In this document: in pieces, positions 47,747 to 57,556 of the stretch | How the letters are laid out: each line of letters starts with the position of its first letter | Position numbering within the stretch: position 1 is the stretch's first letter | Source of the DNA: Promethearchaeota archaeon | GTDB lineage: Archaea > Asgardarchaeota > Lokiarchaeia > Sigyniarchaeales > SOKP01 | Length of the DNA stretch: 64,000 nt | Assembly: GCA_016839705.1 (NCBI GenBank) | Contig: JAEOTR010000025.1 | Coordinates: 1 to 64,000 of the forward strand | Direction: 5' to 3' | Program-made: the position numbers and the translations under genes | Notes under the pieces: model-generated | Databases searched by the model: none | Seen by the model: the letters and a program-made list of their open reading frames with translations, nothing else | Told to the model about the DNA's origin: nothing

Positions 47747-47874
47747 TTTCATTTTTAAACATCTTTAAGAATCCCATTTTCTTCCCAAATTTAATAGGAA
47801 ATCATCTAAGCTTTTAATCAATAAGGTCTTATATTTAAATAGCACTATAGCAAAAATAAAAAGTGTGAAATTAA

Positions 47875-49137
47875 ATGCCATCGTCAAAAGAATTTATTGA
47901 GATGGATGATAAGTATTGCGCACATAATTATCATCCTATACCAGTTGTTATTTCGCGTGCAGAGGGTGTTTGGGTTTATGATCCAGAAGGTAAAAAGTAT
48001 TTAGATTGTTTATCGGCATATTCAAGTCAGAATACGGGTCATTGTCACCCAGAAATCATCGCTGCTTTAACGGAACAAGCCAGTATTGTTACACTTACTT
48101 CACGAGCTTTTCATAATGATAAAATGGGACCATTTTTGAAAATGTTAGCTGAAGTTGTAGGACCACATATTAATGATCCAACAAATTCAGGCATAATGTC
48201 TATTCCAATGAATACCGGAACAGAAGCGGTCTCTACTGGTCTGAAAATGATAAGAGCTTGGGGGTATATTAAGAAAAAAATTCCCAAAAACGAAGCGGTC
48301 ATAATTGTATGTAGAAATAATTTTCATGGTAGAACCATAACTATATCAGGTTTTAGTTCTGACATATCAGCAGTGAGGTATTACGGTAATTTTGGACCCT
48401 ATACTCCCGGATTTAAAATAATTCCTTATGGAGATGCTGAAGAACTAGAGAATATTATTATAGATATTGGGCCGGAAAAAGTAGCAGCATTTCTATTTGA
48501 ACCAATACAGGGGGAAGCGGGGGTAAACGTTCCTCCTGAAGGATATTTGAAAAAAGTGAGAGAAATTTGTACGAAATATAATGTTCTTATGGTTCTCGAT
48601 GAAATTCAAACTGGATTTTGCAGAACAGGGAAATTTTTTGCCTGCGATCATGAAAATGTGAAGCCTGATATGTTATTACTTGGAAAAGCGCTTGGAGGTG
48701 GCATATATCCTGTTTCAGCATGTGTTACAACTAAAGATATTATTGGTCCTGATGTAATAAAACCTGGTACTCATGGAAGCACCTTTGGTGGAAACCCTTT
48801 AGCATGTGCTGTCGCAATGAAATCAATTGACATTCATTTGCGAGAGAATCTCGCTGAACGAGCAACGGAAATGGGGGCCTACTTTATTAAGAGATTGAGG
48901 GAGATTGGTGAAAAAAGAACTACAATTCCAATAAAAGATATTAGAGGTAAAGGATTACTGATTGCTGTCGAATTCACTGAAGATATCAGGCATATTGTTG
49001 AAGAATTAAAAGACAATGGCATTTTGGCAAAGGATACACATTCCACGACTATTCGATTTGCTCCACCTTTAGTAATTACACGAGAAGAAATTGATTGGGC
49101 TTTAGATATAATAGAAAAGGTAATTGTAAAACACTAA
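47875..49137 (+). CDS. rocD: Ornithine aminotransferase
   Basis: AHNYHPIPVV, DCLSAYS, LTSRAF, FHGRT, EPIQGEAG, LGKALGGG, HGSTFGGNPL. Confidence 0.93.
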   Translation: MPSSKEFIEMDDKYCAHNYHPIPVVISRAEGVWVYDPEGKKYLDCLSAYSSQNTGHCHPEIIAALTEQASIVTLTSRAFHNDKMGPFLKMLAEVVGPHINDPTNSGIMSIPMNTGTEAVSTGLKMIRAWGYIKKKIPKNEAVIIVCRNNFHGRTITISGFSSDISAVRYYGNFGPYTPGFKIIPYGDAEELENIIIDIGPEKVAAFLFEPIQGEAGVNVPPEGYLKKVREICTKYNVLMVLDEIQTGFCRTGKFFACDHENVKPDMLLLGKALGGGIYPVSACVTTKDIIGPDVIKPGTHGSTFGGNPLACAVAMKSIDIHLRENLAERATEMGAYFIKRLREIGEKRTTIPIKDIRGKGLLIAVEFTEDIRHIVEELKDNGILAKDTHSTTIRFAPPLVITREEIDWALDIIEKVIVKH

Positions 49138-49178
49138 ATGAATTTATACTATATATCATTCCGTATTTAAAAATAATC

Positions 49179-50090
49179 TTATCCTTTATATATCTGTGTT
49201 CCCGCTTTTCCTTCTAAAGCTTCAATAATTTTATCAATGGAAGTTATTATTGCTTTTTCTCCACCAGATTCTAAAAAATTTATAACTGCTTGAATTTTTG
49301 GACCCATACTTCCCGCGGGAAATTGTTCTTCTTCTAAATATTTCCTTGCTTCAGAGATTGATAATTTTTCTAAATCTTGCTGGTCTTGGGTTCCATAATT
49401 AAGAGAAACTTTTTCTACGTCAGTTGCTATTAATAGAATATCCGCGCCAATTTGTTCAGCTAATTTTGCACTTGCGAGATCTTTATCTATTACCGCTTCA
49501 ACCCCATAAAGTCTTTTTTTTTCTTTTATTACAGGAATACCTCCACCTCCGCATGCAATTATGATCCAACTTCCTAATTCCATTAATTTTTTTATCTCAC
49601 GCCATTGATAAATTTTTATAGGTTTTGGGGAGGGAACTACTCGGCGATAACCTTTTGCAGTTTTAACATACCCTGGTTTTGGCACTGAATAAGCAGGACC
49701 TATTGGTTTAGTGGGATTGAGGAATGCAGGGTCTTCTGCATCTACTTTAACATATGTTAAAATCGTAAGGAACAACTTTTCTTCATCAAGGTCGATTTTC
49801 ATTAGTTCTTCGTCTAAAGTTGATTCAATCATGAAGCCTATTTGCCCTTGAGTTTCAGCAACTAAGATTTGTAATGGTCTCTTCGAAACTGCCTTTGTAG
49901 CTTCTTGTTGTAGCAATAGATTTCCCACCTGTGGACCGTTTCCATGAGTTATTATTATATTATATTCCTTAGCTAATTGTGCTATTTGACTTATTGGTAC
50001 ATGCAAGTTCCTGAATTGCTCTTCTGTCGTACCTTCATCACCAAATTTTATTAAAGCATTCCCACCCAATGCTACAATTAACGTTTTCAA
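49179..50090 (-). CDS. arcC: Carbamate kinase
   Basis: VALGGNAL, THGNGPQVG, NPTKPIG, RRVVPSP, EAVIDKD, GSMGPK. Confidence 0.95.
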   Translation of the reverse strand: MKTLIVALGGNALIKFGDEGTTEEQFRNLHVPISQIAQLAKEYNIIITHGNGPQVGNLLLQQEATKAVSKRPLQILVAETQGQIGFMIESTLDEELMKIDLDEEKLFLTILTYVKVDAEDPAFLNPTKPIGPAYSVPKPGYVKTAKGYRRVVPSPKPIKIYQWREIKKLMELGSWIIIACGGGGIPVIKEKKRLYGVEAVIDKDLASAKLAEQIGADILLIATDVEKVSLNYGTQDQQDLEKLSISEARKYLEEEQFPAGSMGPKIQAVINFLESGGEKAIITSIDKIIEALEGKAGTQIYKG

Positions 50091-50376
50091 AGAATAACCT
50101 CTGAAGTTTAAAGAATTAACACAAATGGAAAAATTATAATATTTAGCTTATTATTTAAAATTTTTCTCGGAAAAATAACATTATTGCATATTGTATATAT
50201 AGATGATTTTGATTATTACCTAATGGTATTTATGCTAAATAATTGATTATATTTCTATTTCAAATAATAACCTCAAATATTAAGATATTAACACAATTGA
50301 AAAATTATTGATGTTTAACTTTATATTTAAAATTTGTCTAGTGGCTTTCTGGTTAATCAACGTAAACTGCTTTAAA

Positions 50377-51681
50377 CTAAGGAATAATTAATGAATATAA
50401 AGTTAAGTAGGTTATACTAACTCCAATATGCACTAAAGTCATCATAGAACCATATTTTAATAACGATATATAATTGAAATCTGATACATCATTTTTTTCT
50501 GCGAGGTTTAAAGTTATTAAATCACATGCCGCTCCCTGTGGTAAAAAATTCGAACCAATATTTATCCCTAGGAGAATTGCCATAATAATTAGGTTAGGAA
50601 CTTGCTCAATACCATATATATTTTGCATTAATGTGATAAATACGAGGGCTGTTGGAATTTGGGCTAAAAAACCTGATAACACACTTATCATCAACAAAAT
50701 GGTTATAGCAGCAATAAGAGCATTATCCGAGATAAAATTTCCTATTAAATCACCAATAATTATGAAAGTTCCATTTATTTGCATTGTAGCCATAAGGAGG
50801 AATATTCCGATAAAAAATGTAATAACCTTTAGATCAGTTTTTAGAAGAATTTCCGTAAAGTCCTTTCGATTTAAAAGACTCATTACGACAGCACCAACAA
50901 CAGCGACTATATAGGCCGAAGGGATAATAATAAATCCAATAATAATAATAACAAATGATATCGAATTGAAAACAAATTTCTTTTTATTAGCAATAACTAT
51001 GTTAGGATCCATGATATCAAGAAGAATTTTTCTATATTTTTCAGGAGGGGGTTCTTGCTTTCTAAGCATGGTAAAATCTACAAGGAAAAGGGTATAAATT
51101 AGAGTTGGAATAACTATCAGAGTAAAATTTGTTATAAAGTAAATGAAATTAAGTTAAAAAGCATTTGCAATTAGAATATTCTCAGCTGAACTAAAAGGAG
51201 TGTAAATCGATCCAATATTTATCGTAAAACTAAGACCAAAAAGATAAGGTGCGGGATTTATTTTCAAGATTCTACATGCTCGTATAACAATAGGTACAAA
51301 AATTATTCCAACTGTAATATCAGAAATAATTGCTGAAGTTAAACTCGCCACAAGACAGATCAAATAGAAAAATTTTCTATGATCAGCTTTTGTCCAATGA
51401 AGGGTTTTTAAGATAAGCCACCTAAATATTCTATTCTCTTCCATAATAGCAATTATAATTTGCATACAAATTATAAAAAATAACGGTTCAAATTCGACAT
51501 AGTTCATAAAGTCTGAAAACCCAACACCAAAGACACTACCGGCAACAACACATGCAATAACTGCTGCCAGTATTGTAAAAGAAATATAGTCAATTCGTTC
51601 ATTAGTAAAGATTACCATTATTGCAATAAACAGAACAGCTGAAACAATAATAGATGCAATTTCGTACATATTACTTTTCAA
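50377..51681 (-). pseudogene. SLC13/ArsB/NhaD-type permease interrupted by one in-frame TAA
   Basis: ORFs 51154..51681 and 50377..51069 share a frame; TAA at 51154-51156 is followed by continuous hydrophobic coding (ILIANAF*LNFIYFITNF...). Confidence 0.75.
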
Positions 51682-51771
51682 TTTTGATTATTAAGTTTTG
51701 ATTTTAATAACCTGTATAAAATTTTTATTTTTCCTTACAACAACAATCCTAAAGTGTAATCAACTGTTAAT

Positions 51772-52704
51772 TTAATATTTATCTCGTAAAAATAGCATAA
51801 TTGCTTTTTGAATGTGTAATCTATTTTCCGCTTGATCAAACACAACAGATTGGGGTCCATCAATTACTTCAGCAGTTTGTTCATACTCTCTCATTGCTGG
51901 TAAACAATTCATAAATATAGCATCTGATTTTGCTGTTTTCATAACTGTTGATGTAACTTGGAAAGGTAAGAAAGCTTTCTTACGATCTTCTTCTTGTTCT
52001 ATTGGAATTCCATAACTCATCCAGCTATCTGTATATATAACATCAGCATCTTTAGCAGCGGTTAGAGTATCATTCATTATTCTTATTTCCGCACCAGTAT
52101 TTTTTGATAAAGTTTCTACTTCCTCTAAAACAGATTTTTCAGGTGTATATTTAGAATCTTGAGGACATGCTACATCCATTTTTAAACCAAATAAAGCACA
52201 CATTCTCATTAGATCATACGTAACATTATTATACGCATCCCCAAAATAAGATAGCTTAAAATTATCTAGATTGTTTCGTTTTTCTTTTATCGTTTGAAAA
52301 TCTCCAAGAATTTGGCAGGGATGTGCAAAGTCATCAAGCATGTTAATTACAGGTACATCAGCATATTCAGCAAGATCCCACACATCTTTTCTGTTATAAA
52401 CACGTGCAGCAATTATATCTACAAATCTTGAAGCTACTTTTGCCGTATCACTAATATTCTCTTTTTTTCCTAAGGGAGAATCTTTAATTGAATAGAAAAT
52501 CGCATGACCCCCTAATTGTTGCATACCTGTTTCAAAGGAAATTCTAGTCCTTAAGGAGGGCTTTTCAAATAGCATTAGGAGTGTCTCTCCTTCTAAGGAA
52601 GACACGAACTTTTTAGGATTTTTCTTAATTTCAATAGATTTGTTAATAACTTTTTCACATTCTGCACGAGAGAAGTCAGAGACTTTTAATAGATTTCTTA
52701 CCAT
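51772..52704 (-). CDS. arcB: Ornithine carbamoyltransferase (probably catabolic)
   Basis: FEKPSLRTR, HPCQ, YTDSWMSYG, NCLPA, FDQAENRLH. Confidence 0.92.
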   Translation of the reverse strand: MVRNLLKVSDFSRAECEKVINKSIEIKKNPKKFVSSLEGETLLMLFEKPSLRTRISFETGMQQLGGHAIFYSIKDSPLGKKENISDTAKVASRFVDIIAARVYNRKDVWDLAEYADVPVINMLDDFAHPCQILGDFQTIKEKRNNLDNFKLSYFGDAYNNVTYDLMRMCALFGLKMDVACPQDSKYTPEKSVLEEVETLSKNTGAEIRIMNDTLTAAKDADVIYTDSWMSYGIPIEQEEDRKKAFLPFQVTSTVMKTAKSDAIFMNCLPAMREYEQTAEVIDGPQSVVFDQAENRLHIQKAIMLFLRDKY

Positions 52705-52788
52705 TTTGATTTCCTTTTAATTATGATAGCTAATATTTTTTAATAATATGAACTGATTAAAATCGTTTTGTACTCTAATATTACGACT

Positions 52789-52816
52789 TTTAATTTTATA
52801 GATTTAATTTTATAGA
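52789..52816. repeat. 14-nt tandem direct repeat in the divergent arcB/DRG promoter region
   Basis: TTTAATTTTATAGA twice in tandem. Confidence 0.5.
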
Positions 52817-52886
52817 TCTCAAAAGAGGTGCCGTGGGATAATAATATAGAAAAATTTTTTGATTATAATAGTTTTATATTAATGGA

Positions 52887-54035
52887 ATGAGTGAAAAAGT
52901 TGAAGATCGAATAAAAGAACTAGAAGAACGATTGGCTTCCACCAAGGTAAACAAAGCTACACAAAAAAGTATAAATTTCATTAAAGCACAATTAGCCAAA
53001 CTCAGAGAAAGCTTGATTCAAATCGTGAGTTCTAAAAAAGGCGGTGGTGGTGGCTTTGGGATTAAAAAATCGGGTGATGCTCAAGTAGCTTTTATTGGAT
53101 TTCCCTCCGTTGGCAAATCTTCATTACTTAACCTATTGACAGAAGGTGATACTCATTCAAAAGTAGCAGCTTACGATTTCACTACAATAACTGCCATTCC
53201 TGGTATGATGAATATTGAAGATGCCAAAATTCAGCTCATAGATTTACCTGGTATCATATTAGGGGCTGCTACTGGAAAAGGCAGAGGGAAGGAAGTCTTA
53301 GGAGCGGTACGATCCGCTGAATTAATTCTGATAATTATTTGTTTTCGAGAAGATGGAACCATCAATTTTCAAGATTTAAAAAAAATTAGAAATGAACTTC
53401 ATAATGCGGGGATCCGTTTAAATAGTCGACCATCACGGATTTCTATTAAAGAACAAACTCGAGGTGGGATTCACTACTCCTCAAAAGGATCTCAATTAAT
53501 GGATAAAGATGAGGTTAAAGCTTTACTAAACGAATTGGGTCTGCGCAATGCAGGTGTACATTTTTCTGAACCAAATATTACGGCAGATCAATTAATTGAT
53601 TTTATAATGGGAAATAGGGTATATACTAAAGAATTTATTGTAATTAATAAAGTAGATTTGATGAAGATTCCACTCTCCCCAGAAGAAATTACGGAATCTA
53701 TTGGGCATAATCATTGGGTTATGATTTCAGTAAAAAATCAAGAAAATATAAATACCCTTCGCCATCGGATTTTCCAAGAATTGAATTTAATTCGAGTATA
53801 TTTGAAGCCTCCTAAAGAAGAAGCAGATATGGAGGAACCGATAATTCTTCATAAGGGAGATACTATGAGAACTCTTTGTAGTAAGATTCATAAAAGGTTT
53901 GTAAAAGACTTTCGGTTTTCGCTAATATGGGGGAAATCAGCAAGACATCCCGGTCAAAAAATTGCCAACTTAAACCATATAATTGAAGATGGTGATATTA
54001 TTTCAATTTATACTAAAATGGGTATAAATGATTAA
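52887..54035 (+). CDS. DRG/RBG-family OBG GTPase with TGS domain
   Basis: GFPSVGKSS, AAYDFTT, DLPGII, NKVD, WGKSARHPGQ. Confidence 0.92.
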   Translation: MSEKVEDRIKELEERLASTKVNKATQKSINFIKAQLAKLRESLIQIVSSKKGGGGGFGIKKSGDAQVAFIGFPSVGKSSLLNLLTEGDTHSKVAAYDFTTITAIPGMMNIEDAKIQLIDLPGIILGAATGKGRGKEVLGAVRSAELILIIICFREDGTINFQDLKKIRNELHNAGIRLNSRPSRISIKEQTRGGIHYSSKGSQLMDKDEVKALLNELGLRNAGVHFSEPNITADQLIDFIMGNRVYTKEFIVINKVDLMKIPLSPEEITESIGHNHWVMISVKNQENINTLRHRIFQELNLIRVYLKPPKEEADMEEPIILHKGDTMRTLCSKIHKRFVKDFRFSLIWGKSARHPGQKIANLNHIIEDGDIISIYTKMGIND

Positions 54036-54118
54036 TAAAAATGAGGAAATCTAAATTTCATTGAGAAATACTATTTCAATCTGATCTCTTGTTGATAATT
54101 ATTTACGGATTTAAAAAG

Positions 54119-55285
54119 TTATTTTAATACTTCTTCATTAAAAAAGCCAGGCTTAGGAGTTAAGCTGTTTAAAATTAGTTTATCGGCAGGAGTGGTTCTT
54201 TCCGTCACAATACGAGCAATTAATTCTCCTAAACCTGGACCTAACATAAAGCCTTGTCCACACATACCTACGGCATTAATATATCCGCTTACTTCTTCAA
54301 CATTACCCACTATAGGATTTCCATCATGAGTCATTGGATATAATCCTCGCCATGTTCTCCTAATCTTAATATTCTTCAAGCGTGGTATAAGTTGAACCAT
54401 CCTTTTTGTAATTTGAGGTAGAAATGTACTTGTTTCTCTGCGGTCAATTCCGGGAATAGTTGGATTAGGTGTCAAACAAAAAATAATTTTCCCTTCGTTA
54501 TTTTGATAAAAATAGTAATTCTTTGAATTTCCAAATTTTTCATCCAAGCAAGGACTAATATCGACAACCATAGGGGAAAAGAACTTTTGAACAGGTTCAG
54601 TAATACCCGCTTCATGAGATTCTGGTTCTACAGGTAGATCTAAACCGATTAAATTCCCAATATCTTTTGCTTGAGCTCCAGCAGCATTAATAACAATATT
54701 AGTTTTATATTTTGACTTAGTTGTTTTTATGCCAACAATGCTTCTTTTTTTTAAATTAATATCAATAACTTCTTCATTAAAATGATATTTAGTACCTAAT
54801 TGCTTTGACCGACGATAGAATGAATGTAAAGATAGTAATGGAGAGGCATTCCCATCTTCAGGACTAAAAGTTCCTCCTACTAAACCTTCTTCGTTAATCC
54901 CTGGTATAAGTTCTTTAATTTTTTCAGTTTCGAGAAAATCGATATTCAATCCAAAACTCTTTTGGAGCTTAACTGTATCTTTAAGCATTTTTTTATCTTC
55001 ATCTGAAAATGCTAAAAAAGTATATCCTCCTTGATTCCACCAAATATCGTCTCCATACTCTTCTTCCCATTTGGAGAAAATCTCGATTGATCGCTTGCAT
55101 AATAATGCTTTACCTATGTTAGAATGAGTAGCTCGAATACCACCTATTGCATGTTTATTATCTGCTTGAGCAACTGAAGGTAATGAATCGAGGACAAGTG
55201 TTCTAAGCCCATCAGTAGCCATCGCTAAAGCTATTGGAACACCAACACTACCCGCACCAATGATAATTACATCATATTCAACCAT
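54119..55285 (-). CDS. FAD-dependent amine oxidoreductase (proline dehydrogenase / sarcosine oxidase beta-like)
   Basis: DVIIIGAGSVG, VINAAG, WRGLYPMTHDGNPIVG, GMCGQGFMLGP. Confidence 0.85.
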   Translation of the reverse strand: MVEYDVIIIGAGSVGVPIALAMATDGLRTLVLDSLPSVAQADNKHAIGGIRATHSNIGKALLCKRSIEIFSKWEEEYGDDIWWNQGGYTFLAFSDEDKKMLKDTVKLQKSFGLNIDFLETEKIKELIPGINEEGLVGGTFSPEDGNASPLLSLHSFYRRSKQLGTKYHFNEEVIDINLKKRSIVGIKTTKSKYKTNIVINAAGAQAKDIGNLIGLDLPVEPESHEAGITEPVQKFFSPMVVDISPCLDEKFGNSKNYYFYQNNEGKIIFCLTPNPTIPGIDRRETSTFLPQITKRMVQLIPRLKNIKIRRTWRGLYPMTHDGNPIVGNVEEVSGYINAVGMCGQGFMLGPGLGELIARIVTERTTPADKLILNSLTPKPGFFNEEVLK

Positions 55286-55287
55286 TG

Positions 55288-57372
55288 CTACACACTTTCC
55301 TTTTTATTTCTAATTCCGGCAAATATCCCCATAGGTACTTCAATAAATAATGGACGTTTCGTTCCCGGTGTAATGTTTTCAGTTGGTATTCCTTCTTCTC
55401 GAAATATCTGATTAATTAGATGAGTACAAGTTTTCGCTCCACAAGATCCCATTCCCGCTTTAGTTAAAGCCTTCAATTCATTGAAATCCTTTACGCCTGA
55501 TTGAATCCACTTTCTTATTTCCCCAACAGTGACACGTTCACATCTACAGACAATTGTATCATCTTCAGTAACAGATTTTTTATATTTTTCAATTGGTTCA
55601 TGATAACTAGTACTCACCAATTTTATCGCAACAGCTTGTTTCGCTATCTCTGAAGGCAATTTTATGGTTATCAATTGAGTTTTTGGAAATTCTGGAAGTA
55701 TTCTTGCTCTATGTATTTCATATTCTCCTAATTCTTTTTCATTGCTAACAACAATTATTTTATGACCTTTTTCTAACTTAGTCTCTGGAAGCTCTAATGG
55801 AAAAGTAACCAATGGATAATCTTTCTGTTTTCGATAATCATGTAATACTACTGCTAATCCAGGACAAACTGCAATACATTTCCCACATCCAAGACAATCT
55901 TTTTCTCCTTTAAAATATGGTAATTTAGTGATTAGATCATCTACGGTTTTAATTTGTCCTTGGTCACATACTGAAGTACATGGATTACATGGTATCTCTT
56001 GGGTGCAATAAAACACTGGATAAATTCCTTCTTCTTTAAAATGGAAATCGGCTTTTAAAGGTTGAGGAGGTTTCGCTTTCATTAATTTAGCAAATCGATG
56101 AAGATCATCCATTTTTTCTCTAAAAGGAATTCCTTTTTCCTGTAGAATTTTTAATGCTTCAATTCTCCCTGTAAATATTGCAGCAGAAGCTTCAGCTATT
56201 TCTTGAGCATCTCCTGCAACCCATACTTTCATATTAAATTCTTTTGCTTTTCGGAAAAACTCATCAACAGGATTTAAGCCAACAGCTATTAAAATTGTAT
56301 CACAGTTAAATGATTTTTCAGTACCAGAGAGAATTTTACCCTTTTTATCCAGTTGTCCGATAGTTATTGATTCTACTTTTTTTTCCCCGTTTGCTGAAAC
56401 TATAGTATGATTAGTATATATTGGAACACCTAAACGTCTCAATTTATCTTCATGAACTTTATACCCCCCGCATTGAGACATTGCTTCAATCAAACCAACA
56501 ACTTCAATTCCCGCTTGGATCGCGTGATACCCCGCAATTAATCCAACATTCCCTCCCCCAATAATGAAAACCTTTTCTGCTGCTTTTACCAGATCACGAT
56601 TAACTAAGGTTTGGAAAGCTCCAGCACCATAAACTCCTGGAAGTGTGTTTCCTGGAAAAATCAGCATCTTTTCTCGAGCTCCAGTGGCAATTAAAAGGCG
56701 TTTTGGTTTAACTAAAATGTATTCCTTATTATTTTTCAGAATTCCTACAAATCCATCACTAAATACTGCTATACACACACTATTTAACCAAACTTGAACA
56801 TTTGGTAATGATTCAATTGATTCACCAAGAATTCTTGCAATATCGATACCTCTTTTTCCTGCATAAACATCTTCTTGAGAGCCAAAAAATTTGTGGGTTT
56901 GGAGAACAAGCTTCCCCCCAAGTCGATCTTTGTCATCAATTAGAATCATATTAAGATTGTGTTCTCCTAGTATTTTAGTAGCAGAGAGTCCGGCAGGTCC
57001 CGCCCCTATTACTAGAATTTCAATATCGATTATTTCTGAATCTCCTATATCAACAAGAAAATCTTCAGCAGGCAATTCTGGTAAGCCATTACAGCTTTCA
57101 ATAATCATATCCCTTATTAGAGGAGTCATACATGCTTTAACGGGAATTCTATTAGCAATTACATTACATTGAGAGCATTGACCATTTGCGCAAAAAATTC
57201 CTTGAGGACTTCGATCTTTAACATGGTGACCAAAAGTTTTAATATTATTGAGAAAAAGAGCAGAAGATATAACCATACCTTCATACCCAGTTAAGATTTT
57301 CCCATCAAAGCTAAAATTAATTGCTTTTCTTTCTGGTATATCTAAAATTGGATGATTTTTTATATCTCCCAT
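55288..57372 (-). CDS. Proline dehydrogenase / sarcosine oxidase alpha-like multidomain Fe-S flavoprotein
   Basis: FCANGQCSQC 2Fe-2S, GAGPAG, ATGARE, CNPCTSVC and CLGCGKCIAVCP, BFD-like CRCERV...GMGSCGAKTC. Confidence 0.85.
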   Translation of the reverse strand: MGDIKNHPILDIPERKAINFSFDGKILTGYEGMVISSALFLNNIKTFGHHVKDRSPQGIFCANGQCSQCNVIANRIPVKACMTPLIRDMIIESCNGLPELPAEDFLVDIGDSEIIDIEILVIGAGPAGLSATKILGEHNLNMILIDDKDRLGGKLVLQTHKFFGSQEDVYAGKRGIDIARILGESIESLPNVQVWLNSVCIAVFSDGFVGILKNNKEYILVKPKRLLIATGAREKMLIFPGNTLPGVYGAGAFQTLVNRDLVKAAEKVFIIGGGNVGLIAGYHAIQAGIEVVGLIEAMSQCGGYKVHEDKLRRLGVPIYTNHTIVSANGEKKVESITIGQLDKKGKILSGTEKSFNCDTILIAVGLNPVDEFFRKAKEFNMKVWVAGDAQEIAEASAAIFTGRIEALKILQEKGIPFREKMDDLHRFAKLMKAKPPQPLKADFHFKEEGIYPVFYCTQEIPCNPCTSVCDQGQIKTVDDLITKLPYFKGEKDCLGCGKCIAVCPGLAVVLHDYRKQKDYPLVTFPLELPETKLEKGHKIIVVSNEKELGEYEIHRARILPEFPKTQLITIKLPSEIAKQAVAIKLVSTSYHEPIEKYKKSVTEDDTIVCRCERVTVGEIRKWIQSGVKDFNELKALTKAGMGSCGAKTCTHLINQIFREEGIPTENITPGTKRPLFIEVPMGIFAGIRNKKESV

Positions 57373-57418
57373 TCAGACTCTTCTTTTTAGTTTATTACTT
57401 TAAGTTTTTTAGCAATAT

Positions 57419-57556
57419 TTATAGCTTCTTATTAAAAAGCTGTTGTGAAATTGATAATGCACAGTGTTTTCCACATATCGAAAACACATCTTCATTTATA
57501 GGATGCTGTTTTTGAGGTTCTGTTGGATCAATGCTATGCTTAAATGAGTTTAAACA
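57419..57556 (-). pseudogene. Probable relic of the 3' end of a thiC/bza-family radical SAM gene
   Basis: Startless frame FKHSIDPTEPQKQHPINEDVFSICGKHCALSISQQLF resembles the ThiC C-terminus (F...IDP.....CSMCGxxCA). Confidence 0.5.

Noticed and set aside
51154-51156. Permease internal stop as Sec or Pyl recoding
   Set aside because: The codon is TAA, in a non-Cys context, with no SECIS-like element seen
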